This document shows positions 39,550 to 49,206 of a stretch of DNA of 64,000 nucleotides, one piece after another. How positions within the stretch are numbered: position 1 is the first letter of the stretch; the number at the start of each line of letters is the position of its first letter. A program made the position numbers and the translations under genes. This stretch comes from Hydrurus foetidus (lineage: Eukaryota): NCBI GenBank assembly GCA_900617105.1, contig UYFQ01000842.1:1-64000 (forward strand), given 5' to 3'. Below the pieces are notes generated by a model that worked only from the letters and a program-made list of their open reading frames with translations, did no database searches and was not told where the DNA came from.

Positions 39550-41322
39550 ATGCAGGCCCACGCTTTGTCACACCGCGCACCGACCTGGCCCTGGCTGGTC
39601 CTGGTGTTCTTGGCAGCCACCCTCTACCTATTCGGCCTGGGCAACTTTTACGCCCCCACCAACGGCGACGAGATGGTTTACATCCACATCGCCCGCATGA
39701 CGGCCGAGAGCGGCCACTGGCTGCCGCTGCAGTCTGAGCTGGTGGGTACGCGCAATACCAAACCGCCGCTGTTGATCTGGCAGGCCATGGTGGCCGGTGG
39801 CTGGGGGCAGCACTGGAGCCTGTTCGCATTGCGCCTGCCCAGCATCGCCTACACCTTTGCCACCACTGCCCTGCTGGCCTTCTTTGCGCACCGCATGGCG
39901 CCCGCACCCGGCAAGCTGCGCGTGGCCTGCATTGCTGCCACGCTGTACCTGCTGTACTTCTCTACCTTCCGCTACGGCAGGGTGTACCTGACCTCTGCGC
40001 CCGAGACCTTCTGGCTGGCGCTGCCCATGTGGTGGCTGCTGTGGCTGCACCTGCGTGCGCCTGCCGTGCAGTCAGCCGCCCTGCAACTGGGTTGGTTGGC
40101 CTACACGCTGATCGGTGCGGCCATGGGCCTGGGGGCCGCCTACAAGTCGTTTGCGCTGGTGGCGCCCACGGCGGCGGCGCTTTGGTGCGCGGTGCTGCTC
40201 AGCGAACCCTGGAGCTGGCGCAGCACGCTGCGCACCACCATAGGCGTGACCTGGAGCACGCTTCTGGGCCTGGGCATCTTCGCGCTGTGGTTTGTGCTGG
40301 ACCCCAACCCCGCCGAGGTGTGGCAGGAGTTTGTAATGGCCGAGAACGCCGGCAAGATGTCCAGCAGCCTGGGCTACTGGCAGGCCGCGCTGGTTGGCGC
40401 CTACCCCATGTGGACCCAGCTGCTGGCCTACCCGGCCAACGGCGGCCTGTTGGCGCTGCCGGTGCTGGGCTTTTGCCTGCACGCGCTGGGGCGCGGCTGG
40501 CGCCCGCGCCACTACGCACAACTCAGCCCTGCGCTCTGGGTGCTGCTGGCCTGGCTGGTGGTGTGGCTGGTGGTGTTCACCATCCCCAACCAGCGATCGG
40601 AACGTTATGTGATTCCAGCCATGCCAGCGCTGGCCATTGCCATGGCGCTTCTCTGGGACCGCCTCAACCGCTTCTGGTTTGCCGCCACGCTGCTGATCAC
40701 CGTGCCTGCACTGGCCATGCTGGGTCGCATTGGCTGGGTCATGGGCAGCCTGGGTATGGCAAGCCCGTTTGAAGTTGCTATGACTTTGATAGCTGCTGGC
40801 GCAGGATTGGCGGGGGCTACAGCCGGATTTATTCGATTTTCTTGGGCGCGCAACGCGACACTGCTAGTCTGCCTGGCCGTGTATGGCTGCTTTTCGCTGA
40901 TGGTGCAACCCCTCTCGGGTGACGAAGCGGGCTACAGCGCCGCCGTGCAAAGCCAGACGAAGGGCCTGCGCCTGGCCGTACCCAATGGTTTTACCGGCCA
41001 GTACGAGCGCTTTCACTTTGTGCTGCCCGGTGCGCGCATCACGCCCTATGACGCCGAAGGCCGCAACACCGGTGCGCTCTACCCCGAAATGCCGCCCGCG
41101 GAACGCCTGGAACGCTTGTTGAAGGAGTTTGACGCTGTCGTATGGCTGCAAGACGATTTGGATGAACAACCCAGCTGCCTGCCCCACTGCACGGTGGTGG
41201 ACCAACGCTGGCATGTGAAAAGCCGCCACAAAGACGGCGAAGTGACGCTGGACAACCTGTGGCAACCCCAGCAGTGGCTGTTCCGCCGGGAGTGGTTGTT
41301 GACGCCTGCCGCAGGCGGCTGA
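39550..41322 (+). CDS. ArnT/PMT-like (GT-C) undecaprenyl-dependent glycosyltransferase
   Basis: Polytopic membrane protein; GDE..Y..IAR.M, KPPLLIW, LRLPS, YKS, RYVIPAMP. Confidence 0.82.
   Translation: MQAHALSHRAPTWPWLVLVFLAATLYLFGLGNFYAPTNGDEMVYIHIARMTAESGHWLPLQSELVGTRNTKPPLLIWQAMVAGGWGQHWSLFALRLPSIAYTFATTALLAFFAHRMAPAPGKLRVACIAATLYLLYFSTFRYGRVYLTSAPETFWLALPMWWLLWLHLRAPAVQSAALQLGWLAYTLIGAAMGLGAAYKSFALVAPTAAALWCAVLLSEPWSWRSTLRTTIGVTWSTLLGLGIFALWFVLDPNPAEVWQEFVMAENAGKMSSSLGYWQAALVGAYPMWTQLLAYPANGGLLALPVLGFCLHALGRGWRPRHYAQLSPALWVLLAWLVVWLVVFTIPNQRSERYVIPAMPALAIAMALLWDRLNRFWFAATLLITVPALAMLGRIGWVMGSLGMASPFEVAMTLIAAGAGLAGATAGFIRFSWARNATLLVCLAVYGCFSLMVQPLSGDEAGYSAAVQSQTKGLRLAVPNGFTGQYERFHFVLPGARITPYDAEGRNTGALYPEMPPAERLERLLKEFDAVVWLQDDLDEQPSCLPHCTVVDQRWHVKSRHKDGEVTLDNLWQPQQWLFRREWLLTPAAGG
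40776..40830 (+). repeat. 55-bp palindromic repeat family, copy 4 (in frame inside the ArnT-like gene)
   Basis: T-GCTATGACTTTGATAGC-TGCTGGCGC-AGGATTGG-CGGGGGCTACAGCCGGATTT; encodes AMTLIAAGAGLAGATAGF. Confidence 0.85.
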
Positions 41323-41368
41323 ACCGCATTGCAGCGTCACCGCTGCGCGCGGTCTATGTCCGCCACAG

Positions 41369-41381
41369 CCCCCCCCCCCCC
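41369..41381. repeat. C13 homopolymer, intergenic
   Basis: 13 consecutive C between the ArnT-like stop and the terminator. Confidence 0.8.
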
Positions 41382-41406
41382 TCCGGAGACTGGAGGCGCT
41401 CAAACG

Positions 41407-41436
41407 AAAAAAAGCCGACCCAAGGTCGGCTTTTTT
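41407..41436. terminator. Bidirectional intrinsic terminator
   Basis: A7-GCCGACC-CAA-GGTCGGC-T6 between convergent genes. Confidence 0.9.
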
Positions 41437-41452
41437 AATGTCGGTTTAGCGC

Positions 41453-41821
41453 TTAGTAGCGGTTGCCACCGCCGTAACCACCACCACCGCCGCCGCCGCC
41501 GTAACCACCACCGCCGCCTTCGCGACGACCACCACCGCCGCCACCGCCGCCGCCGAAACCACCTGTGCGGGGTTCCATAGGACGCGCTTCATTGACAACC
41601 ATATCGCGGCCGTCAACGTTCTTGCCGTTCATGCCGCCGATAGCCGCTTGGGCTTCTGCGTCGCTGGACATTTCCACAAAGCCGAAGCCTTTGGAGCGGC
41701 CGCTATCGCGGTCCATCATGACCTTGGCCGACGAAACGGTGCCAAATTCAGAGAAGTTTTGGTTCAGGGATTGGTCATCTACCGAGTAGGAGAGATTGCC
41801 GACGTAAAGTTTCTTGCCCAT
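41453..41821 (-). CDS. RRM RNA-binding protein with glycine-rich tail
   Basis: RNP2 LYVGNL, RNP1 KGFGFVEM, VVNEARP, GGGGYGG tail. Confidence 0.95.
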   Translation of the reverse strand: MGKKLYVGNLSYSVDDQSLNQNFSEFGTVSSAKVMMDRDSGRSKGFGFVEMSSDAEAQAAIGGMNGKNVDGRDMVVNEARPMEPRTGGFGGGGGGGGGRREGGGGGYGGGGGGGGYGGGNRY

Positions 41822-42167
41822 GGTGGGATCTTTCAAAAAGCGCTCGCAGTTCCAATGAACCACGTAACGCAGGGGGAATGACGGTCTTGGTTAAAAACCA
41901 TCGCATTCGGGAGAACCGGCGTCCATGCACCGGATCTGCATCCAGCGCTTGGGCCCAAGTCAGGTGTTTGGTCGGGAGAAAAAGGGGACCGGAGTAAAGC
42001 TCGCCGCTGGGGGAGTTTGACAACCGGGAGGGCCGAGACTATCGGCCAAAAAGGTGCGGAGGCGGCGTATGGGGTGCCGCAGACCGTGTCAGACTGCAAA
42101 CACTGCAAGGTAAGCAAAATGCAGCGTCACTCGCGATTTTACCCCTGATCCAGCGCGCAGGGGCCGA

Positions 42168-43265
42168 TTAGTTATGCCGGACCATGGAAATCGCGTTGCC
42201 CTGTGCGTCAAACAAGCGGACATGCTCCGCGTCGCAGCCCAGATAAATAGGCTGCCCGACCTGGATGCTGCGCACCGATCCGTTCATGCGCATGGAGATT
42301 TCGCGGTGCAAATCCGGCACCACGGCGTACACCACCGTGGACTCCCCCAACTGCTCCACCAGCGTCACCTGCGCCTTGATGCCATGGCCTTCTGCCACTG
42401 GTACCAAGTGCTCGGGCCGGATACCCAAGGTGCGCGCGTCGCCGGGATTCAGATGGTCTCTGCCCGCATCCACTGCACCTGCGCCCTCCATGTCCAGACG
42501 CCAGCCACCACCGTCGGTTTGCACCGGCAGGCAGGGCAGCAGGTTCATTCGGGGCGACCCCATGAACTCGGCTACAAAGACATTTGCAGGGTAGTGGTAA
42601 ATCTCCAACGGCGTCCCGACTTGTTCTATTTTTCCCGCATTGAACACGGCAATTCTTTGTCCCAGCGTCATCGCCTCCACCTGGTCGTGCGTAACGTAAA
42701 TCATGGTGGCGCCCAGTTCGGCATGCAGCCGTGTCAGCTCCACGCGCATTTGCACACGCAAATTTGCGTCCAGGTTGGACAGTGGCTCGTCAAACAAAAA
42801 CACCTTGGGCTTGCGCACAATCGCCCGCCCAATGGCCACACGCTGGCGCTGCCCGCCCGACAGCTCCTTGGGCTTGCGGTGCAGCAGCGGGCGGATCTGC
42901 AGCACGTCGGCGGCGCTTTCCACCGCCTTCTGTTGCTCCGCCTTGCTGGCGCCCGCCAGCTTCAACGAAAAACTCAGGTTCTCAGCCACCGTCATGTGCG
43001 GGTACAGCGCGTAGCTCTGGAACACCATGGCAGCGCCCCGCTGCGCGGGTGAGACGTCGTTCACGCATTCGTCGTCAAAAAACACCTCGCCTTCGGTGAT
43101 CTCTTCCAGGCCCGCGATCATGCGCAGCAGCGTGGTCTTGCCGCAACCCGACGGCCCGACAAACACCATGAACTCGCCATCGTGAATATCCAGGTCGAGC
43201 GACTTGATGACCGTGACGGCACCAAAGTAGGTTTTGCCGACTTGCTTTAAGGAGAGATTGGACAT
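42168..43265 (-). CDS. Carbohydrate ABC importer ATPase (MalK/UgpC family)
   Basis: GPSGCGKT, FQSYALYPHM, LSGGQRQR, DEPLSNLD, YVTHDQ. Confidence 0.95.
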   Translation of the reverse strand: MSNLSLKQVGKTYFGAVTVIKSLDLDIHDGEFMVFVGPSGCGKTTLLRMIAGLEEITEGEVFFDDECVNDVSPAQRGAAMVFQSYALYPHMTVAENLSFSLKLAGASKAEQQKAVESAADVLQIRPLLHRKPKELSGGQRQRVAIGRAIVRKPKVFLFDEPLSNLDANLRVQMRVELTRLHAELGATMIYVTHDQVEAMTLGQRIAVFNAGKIEQVGTPLEIYHYPANVFVAEFMGSPRMNLLPCLPVQTDGGGWRLDMEGAGAVDAGRDHLNPGDARTLGIRPEHLVPVAEGHGIKAQVTLVEQLGESTVVYAVVPDLHREISMRMNGSVRSIQVGQPIYLGCDAEHVRLFDAQGNAISMVRHN

Positions 43266-43300
43266 GTCAGTTTTTCTTAAGAAGGGGGTGCGGCGCGGCC

Positions 43301-44161
43301 TCAGCCTTTGACCGCACCCGCAGTGAGGCCGTCAATGAGCTTGCGCGAATAGAAAACAAAGAGCACCAGCAGGGGCGTGACCGCAATGGCCGCCCCGGCG
43401 CTGATGGCACCCCAGGTGGCCGCACTGGTGCCCTGCAGGGAGCGCAACACCAGCGGCACGGTAAAGGACGACTGGTCCCGCATCACCAACAGCGCGCCCA
43501 CAAAGTTGTTGTACGAGCCGATGAAGGTGATCAGCCCCAGCGTGCCCATGGCGGGCCCCAGCAGCGGCAAGGCGATGCGCCAGTACAGGCCAAACTCGCC
43601 ACAACCATCCATGCGCCCAGCTTCAATCAGCTCTTTGGGGATGGCCGTGCCCACGTACTGGCGCATCATGAATACGCCCAATGCCCCGCAGGCACCGGGA
43701 ATGATCAGCGCCTTGGCACTGTCAATCCAACCCAATCGGCTCATCAGCAAGATGGTGGGAATCATGCTGACAAAGGCGGGCATCAGCATGGTGGCCATGA
43801 TGAAGCCGAACAGGTGCTCCTTGTAGCGGAACTCGTACATGGCAAACGCAAAGCCTGCGAGCGAGCAGAAGAACAGGTTCAGCGCCGTGGTGGCCAGCGC
43901 GATCCAGATCGACAGCATCATCGACTTCCAGTAGTGCGGGCGAAAGCCAATCAGCTCGTCGATGTTCTGCAGCAGGCTGGTGCCAAACCAGTAAGGCGGC
44001 GGCACCGAGAGGATTTCGGTGTTCGAGCGCGTGGCAAACACCATCATGTACCAGAAGGGCAGCAGCATGATGAAGGCCCCGATGGCCAGCGTGCCATAGG
44101 TGATACCACGCGTGAGTGCCACACGTAGTTTCGGTGTTTTCTTGTAGACCGAGGTTCGCAT
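43301..44161 (-). CDS. Carbohydrate ABC permease (MalG-like)
   Basis: EAA loop ELIEAGRMDG; C-terminal GLTAGAVKG. Confidence 0.93.
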   Translation of the reverse strand: MRTSVYKKTPKLRVALTRGITYGTLAIGAFIMLLPFWYMMVFATRSNTEILSVPPPYWFGTSLLQNIDELIGFRPHYWKSMMLSIWIALATTALNLFFCSLAGFAFAMYEFRYKEHLFGFIMATMLMPAFVSMIPTILLMSRLGWIDSAKALIIPGACGALGVFMMRQYVGTAIPKELIEAGRMDGCGEFGLYWRIALPLLGPAMGTLGLITFIGSYNNFVGALLVMRDQSSFTVPLVLRSLQGTSAATWGAISAGAAIAVTPLLVLFVFYSRKLIDGLTAGAVKG

Positions 44162-44165
44162 GGGG

Positions 44166-45200
44166 TCAGTCCTTGGGCTTCATGAGCCGGTTGTTCAGCC
44201 AGGTAAGCAAAGCGATGAACATGAACAACAACCAGGCCACGGCCGATGCGGTGCCAAAGTCGCCATCTGTCATGCCGATCTTGAGCATGAACATGGCCGA
44301 AGTTTCTGCCACCCGGCCAACGCCACCGGTGCCAGCGGTGAGGATGTAAGACTCTTCAAACATCTGCAGCGAACCGATCATCGTCAGCGTCACGGCAAAG
44401 AACATCATGGGCCGCAGCAGGGGAATCGTGATGTACCAGAACTGCTGCCAGGTCGTGGCACCGTCTACTTTGGCGGCTTCGTATATGTCTTTGGGAATGG
44501 TTTGCAGTGCGGCGATGTAGAGCACAGTGTTCCACCCCACGTAGCGCCACCACACGACAAACGAGACGATCCAGCGCGTCTTATCGGGGTTAGCCCAGTC
44601 AATGCGGGTTTGTGGAAACAGCCAACCCAGTGGATGGAAGCCCGCAATGTCAAAGTTTCCTATCCCGGTGAGGATGGTGTTGACAACGCCGAACTGGGTG
44701 GAAAACAGGGCCTGAAACACCAGTGCAATCGCCACCGTATTGGTGATGAAGGGCAGAAAGTACAGCGCCAACACGGGGTTGCGCAGCCGGCGCAGGTGGG
44801 TGTGGATGAAGAAGGCCAGCGGAATCGCCACCAAATGCTGGGGCACACCGCCAACCACACCAATCCACAGCGTGTTGTAGAGCGAGCGCCAGAAGTCCCG
44901 CGAATACAAATCCTCCCAGAACGCCGAATGAAACAGCGCGTCCCACTTGAGCCCATCCAGGTCCAGTGTCCAGAGGTAGTTGCCCAGCCCCTCCCACTCC
45001 ATCGCATTGATGCCATCCCACTTGAACAGCGATACGTAGCCGGAAAACAGCAGGGGAAACAGCGCAAACGCGGTAAACAAGATAAAGAAAGGGCTGACAA
45101 AAAGGTAGGGCGCCCACGCCTTGGCATTGAAGCGGCGGCGGCGCGGCGCAGTGGTACGCACCGGCAGTGGGAGCATGGTGGGCATAGGGGTGCTGGTCAT
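44166..45200 (-). CDS. Carbohydrate ABC permease (MalF-like)
   Basis: YLFVSPFF; EAA loop IYEAAKVDGA; start at ATG 45200 inferred. Confidence 0.92.
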   Translation of the reverse strand: MTSTPMPTMLPLPVRTTAPRRRRFNAKAWAPYLFVSPFFILFTAFALFPLLFSGYVSLFKWDGINAMEWEGLGNYLWTLDLDGLKWDALFHSAFWEDLYSRDFWRSLYNTLWIGVVGGVPQHLVAIPLAFFIHTHLRRLRNPVLALYFLPFITNTVAIALVFQALFSTQFGVVNTILTGIGNFDIAGFHPLGWLFPQTRIDWANPDKTRWIVSFVVWWRYVGWNTVLYIAALQTIPKDIYEAAKVDGATTWQQFWYITIPLLRPMMFFAVTLTMIGSLQMFEESYILTAGTGGVGRVAETSAMFMLKIGMTDGDFGTASAVAWLLFMFIALLTWLNNRLMKPKD

Positions 45201-45253
45201 GGGGCATGGGGGTGGAGGTGCGCAAACCTGCGCCTCTCCACCCGGCTTGCTGC

Positions 45254-46507
45254 TTACTTGCGGGCGCGGCGTTCTACCTGCCGTTGGGCATCGGCCAACG
45301 CGGTCTTGATGTCTTTGTTCTCGTCCAGTACCTTGGCCAGTTCGGCGTTCATGATTTCGTCGGCAATCGGGTCCAGCTTGTTCACGTCGATGGCGGGAAT
45401 CTTGGCTGCGGCCGTGCGCCACAGCTGGCGGGCCTTTTGCCCACCGAAGAAGTCCACGGGCTTATCCACGAAGGCGTCGTTGGCCGCGTCAATCAGGGCT
45501 GGGAACGCGTCCAAACCATTGAAGGCGGCGATCTGCATTTCCTTGTTGGTGGTCATGAAGGTGATGAAATCCCACGCCATCTTCTTTTTGTCATCGGCAA
45601 TTTTCTTGGGGATGGCGTAGAACGAACCGCCCCACGAGGCGTAGGCACCGTTGGGCAACGCAGAAGCACGCCACTTGCCCTTGGTCTCGGGGGCCAACCA
45701 GCTGGACAACTGGCCCAGCATCCAGGCACCGCGCATTTCGGTCACAAAGCTGCCGCGCTTGAAGCCTTCCGACCATTCGTTGGTCCAGGGCAGGATCTTG
45801 GCGTCCAGGCCGGCGACCCGCACCGCCTTGGCGTATTCAAACGCCTTCTCGAAACGGGGCGTGGTCAACAGGGGCTTGTTGCTCTTGTCAAAGAAGATGC
45901 CTTCACCGTCCTTGATGTTGGATCGGATGTACACATCGCTGACCGAGTTGGCATGGGGCACCAGATAGGCACCTGTCTTTTCCTTGATGGTCTTGCCGGC
46001 CTGGATGTAAGAGTCCCAGCTCTGAATCAGTTGGGCATTGGTCACACCGGCCTTGTCCAGAATGTCCTGGCGAATCAACAGCGTGCCGGGGCCAATGTCT
46101 GCGGGCATGGCAGCCAGCACACCGCCATTGCTGGTGGCCTGGGCAAAGGTGTACTTGACGATCTTGTCTCGGTAGTCGAGCGCGTTGTAGGGTGGCTTGG
46201 ACAGGTCTTCCACCGCGCCAGATTCGGCAAACTTGCCAATGAAGCCTACTTCTACGGCCATCACGTCCGGCAGGCCGGCCCCCGTCGCCAGCGCAGTGAC
46301 CATGGCATTGTGGTGGTCCCCATAGCCCAGGCTTACGAGTTTGATGTCGACTTCAGGGTGGATTTTCTTGTACAGGGGAATCGCGATCTTCACGGCTTCG
46401 TCGAAGCTGGGAAAGGACGCAACGGTCAGTGTTTTTTGCTGTGCCAGGGCCGTGCTGCCCATGGCGGCGGCCAGCAGGCTGAGCGTGACGAGTGGAAGTT
46501 TTTTCAT
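45254..46507 (-). CDS. Carbohydrate ABC substrate-binding protein (family 1)
   Basis: Signal peptide; PDV..EV, WGGSFYAIP; CUT1 operon context. Confidence 0.92.
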   Translation of the reverse strand: MKKLPLVTLSLLAAAMGSTALAQQKTLTVASFPSFDEAVKIAIPLYKKIHPEVDIKLVSLGYGDHHNAMVTALATGAGLPDVMAVEVGFIGKFAESGAVEDLSKPPYNALDYRDKIVKYTFAQATSNGGVLAAMPADIGPGTLLIRQDILDKAGVTNAQLIQSWDSYIQAGKTIKEKTGAYLVPHANSVSDVYIRSNIKDGEGIFFDKSNKPLLTTPRFEKAFEYAKAVRVAGLDAKILPWTNEWSEGFKRGSFVTEMRGAWMLGQLSSWLAPETKGKWRASALPNGAYASWGGSFYAIPKKIADDKKKMAWDFITFMTTNKEMQIAAFNGLDAFPALIDAANDAFVDKPVDFFGGQKARQLWRTAAAKIPAIDVNKLDPIADEIMNAELAKVLDENKDIKTALADAQRQVERRARK

Positions 46508-46607
46508 GGTGTGAATCCTCAGTTTCTAGTTGTTGCGCGCCGCAGACATTGCGGTGCAGGGTGGAAAGACCGGGTGGGTGGGGTGAAACGCGATGGCAGC
46601 TACCTCC

Positions 46608-49049
46608 TCATGGGGGTTCGGAACAGGTGGCAAGCGGCTGAACGGGCAGCAGCTCGCAGTGGCTTTCCATGCGCCAGTGCTGGGGCAGTGGGCGTGTCTG
46701 GCTACCCATGACTTCAAACGCGGCGCGCAGCAGAATGTTTGCACTGGACGCGCCAACCATCAGGTCAAACCAGCCCGGCTCCACCACACGGCGGCTGCTG
46801 TGGTCGGTCAGGCACAGCATGTCCACCGGAATGCGAAAGCGAAGAGTGCGCTGCATTTGTGCGGGAATGTCCACGCGCTGAAAGGCCTTGAGTTCTTTCA
46901 CGGGACGTACTACGGATGCATTGCGGTCCCGCAGATACACCTGCACGACTTCCACACCCGCGTGCTCGCCCACGTTGGCCACATCCAGCGCGAACACCAC
47001 ATCGCCGTCTTCAATGGCGACGCGCGGTGTCTGTAGTACCAGGTTTTGGTAGCGAAACCGGGTATAGCTCAGCCCATGGCCAAACGGGTATGGGCTGCCA
47101 AAGTGAAAGGCCACCGGAGCCCCCGCACTCTTGAGCTTGTGGTTGTAAAAAATGGGCGTCGCCCCCGCACTCACCGGGACCGAAATGCTCATGCGACCCG
47201 AAGGCTGGCTGAGCCCGGCCATGACGTTGGCCAGTGCGGTCCCCACCGCCTGCCCGCCCGAGAAATTCATCACAAAGGCCGCCACCTGATTTTCCAGGCC
47301 ACCCAGGTTGTAGGGGCGGCCACCCGACAGCACCACGATGGTGGGGGTCTGCGTCGCCACCACGCGTTCCAGCAATTGCTGTTGCACCCCGGGCAGGGTC
47401 AGCGAATCGGTGTCCGAGCCCTCCCCCACCGTGCCGGTCTGGAACAGTCCGGCCAGGTCACCCACAAACACCATGGCGACATCGGCCTGGGCGGCCCCGT
47501 TGACCGCCTCGTCGATCAGGTCGGTGCGCATGGACACGGGTGACACCGGCTTTTCTCCGGCTTGGTCACGCACATCCCCGGGGAACACGGGCGATCCGGG
47601 CACACGCTCCTCCAGAATCACGCAGCCCGGCGCGAAACGCACGCAGTCAGGCCCATAGACTTTTTGCAGGCCTGCCAGCGGCGTCTCTATGCGGTCTGCC
47701 GTCTCCTGCGAGCCCTGCAAAATCACATGCACCGGGAAGCTGTAGCCACTCAAATGCGCCAGCGGGTCCGCCGCGTTGGGGCCAATGACGGCAATGCGCA
47801 GCCCCGGCTGCGGCCGCAGCGGCAAGATCCCCCGGTTCTCCAGAATCACCACCGACTCGGTGGCCACTTCCAGCGCCAGGTCGCGGCCGTACTGGGTGTT
47901 CAGTTGCAGGGTTGCCGGGTCTTCAAAGCGGGCCTCGAACAGGCCAAGCCGGAATTTCTCGCGCAAGATGCGGCTGACGATGCCATCCACGCGCTCCATG
48001 CGGATTAGCTTGCGCGCCATCGCCTGCTCCAGCTCCTTCACACAGTCGTCTCCGGGTAGCTCCACATCCAGCCCCGCGTTGAACGCCAGCGCCGCGGCCT
48101 CGGCGGCATCGCTGGCCACGCCGTGGTGCTGGTGCAGCAGGCTGATGCCTACATAGTCCGCCACCACCAGACCGTCGAAGCCCCACTGGTCTCGCAACAC
48201 ATCCGTCAGCAGGTGGGTCGAGGCATGGGCAGGTTCGCCATCGATGTCGTGGTAGGCCGGCATCACCGAGCCCGCGTTGGCCTGCTTCACCGCCATCTCG
48301 AATGGCAGCAGAAAAGTGTCGTTGAGTTCGCGCCAGCCCAGATTGACCGGCGCGTGGTTGCGCGCGCCTTCGCTGAACGAGTGGCCCACAAAATGTTTCA
48401 GCGTGGCCAGCACATCGCGCCGCGGACCCTGCAGCCCCCGCACATAGCGCGTGGCCAGCACGCCCACGAGGTAGGGGTCTTCGCCAAAGGTTTCTTCGGT
48501 GCGCCCCCAGCGCACGTCGCGCGACACGTCCAGCACTGGCGCCAAGCCCTGGTGGCAACCCACGGCGCGGCATTCCTGGCCAATGTGGGCGGCCACGCGT
48601 TCGATCAATTCAGGGTTCCACGTGGCCCCATAGGCCAGCGCGGAAGGAAACAGCGTGCCATCGCGCGTCATGAGGCCGGTCAGGCACTCTTCGTGGGAGA
48701 TCGCGGGAATGCCCAGGCGGGTCTCGTGCACCAGAAAGCGCTGCAGGCGGTTCAGCGCCCGCAGGCCGGAGAGCGCGTCCACGCCGTGCGTGCCCATGGC
48801 CCGCGTTACTTGCCCCAGCCCCTGACGCAAACGCAGCTGCAATGCCTCGGGCGTAGTCGATCCATCGGGGTTGTCATCCGCACGGAAGTGGTGGTCACCC
48901 GTCTCGGACAGCACCATCCAGTAGCCGTGCATTTGGGCTATTTTTTCGGCCACCGTCATGCGGCCCAGCAGGTCGGCCACGCGCAGGTCAACGGGCTGGC
49001 GCGGGTCCTTGTAGAGGGCCTGGTTCAAAGGAATATCTTTAGCGTTCAT
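46608..49049 (-). CDS. GH3 beta-glucosidase/beta-xylosidase, no signal peptide
   Basis: RLGIP..HEECL, RWGRTEETFGEDP, KHF, VVADY nucleophile, PFGHGLSYT, Fn3-like C-terminus. Confidence 0.93.
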   Translation of the reverse strand: MNAKDIPLNQALYKDPRQPVDLRVADLLGRMTVAEKIAQMHGYWMVLSETGDHHFRADDNPDGSTTPEALQLRLRQGLGQVTRAMGTHGVDALSGLRALNRLQRFLVHETRLGIPAISHEECLTGLMTRDGTLFPSALAYGATWNPELIERVAAHIGQECRAVGCHQGLAPVLDVSRDVRWGRTEETFGEDPYLVGVLATRYVRGLQGPRRDVLATLKHFVGHSFSEGARNHAPVNLGWRELNDTFLLPFEMAVKQANAGSVMPAYHDIDGEPAHASTHLLTDVLRDQWGFDGLVVADYVGISLLHQHHGVASDAAEAAALAFNAGLDVELPGDDCVKELEQAMARKLIRMERVDGIVSRILREKFRLGLFEARFEDPATLQLNTQYGRDLALEVATESVVILENRGILPLRPQPGLRIAVIGPNAADPLAHLSGYSFPVHVILQGSQETADRIETPLAGLQKVYGPDCVRFAPGCVILEERVPGSPVFPGDVRDQAGEKPVSPVSMRTDLIDEAVNGAAQADVAMVFVGDLAGLFQTGTVGEGSDTDSLTLPGVQQQLLERVVATQTPTIVVLSGGRPYNLGGLENQVAAFVMNFSGGQAVGTALANVMAGLSQPSGRMSISVPVSAGATPIFYNHKLKSAGAPVAFHFGSPYPFGHGLSYTRFRYQNLVLQTPRVAIEDGDVVFALDVANVGEHAGVEVVQVYLRDRNASVVRPVKELKAFQRVDIPAQMQRTLRFRIPVDMLCLTDHSSRRVVEPGWFDLMVGASSANILLRAAFEVMGSQTRPLPQHWRMESHCELLPVQPLATCSEPP

Positions 49050-49050
49050 A

Positions 49051-49190
49051 CAAACGTAACGTTATCGCTAACGTTTGTTATTAACATCAGTATTTACCCT
49101 TCATTGCCTCTCATAAGCTGAACCCCCTCTTGGAAGCGGGGCCTGCGAACCAAGACCATAATTTGCAGTGAAGCGTTATGATTAACGTAC
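49051..49190. promoter_or_regulatory. Divergent promoter region with LacI-type operator-like palindromes
   Basis: TAACGTTA (49057-49064), TAACGTTT (49069-49076), AAGCGTTA and TTAACGTA (49171-49189); CG-centred cores typical of LacI/GalR sites. Confidence 0.65.
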
Positions 49191-49206
49191 TTTCCACGCC
49201 CACGAC

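Noticed and set aside
41460..41560. CCG/CCA tandem repeats
   Set aside because: They encode the glycine-rich tail of the RRM protein and are not an independent repeat element.
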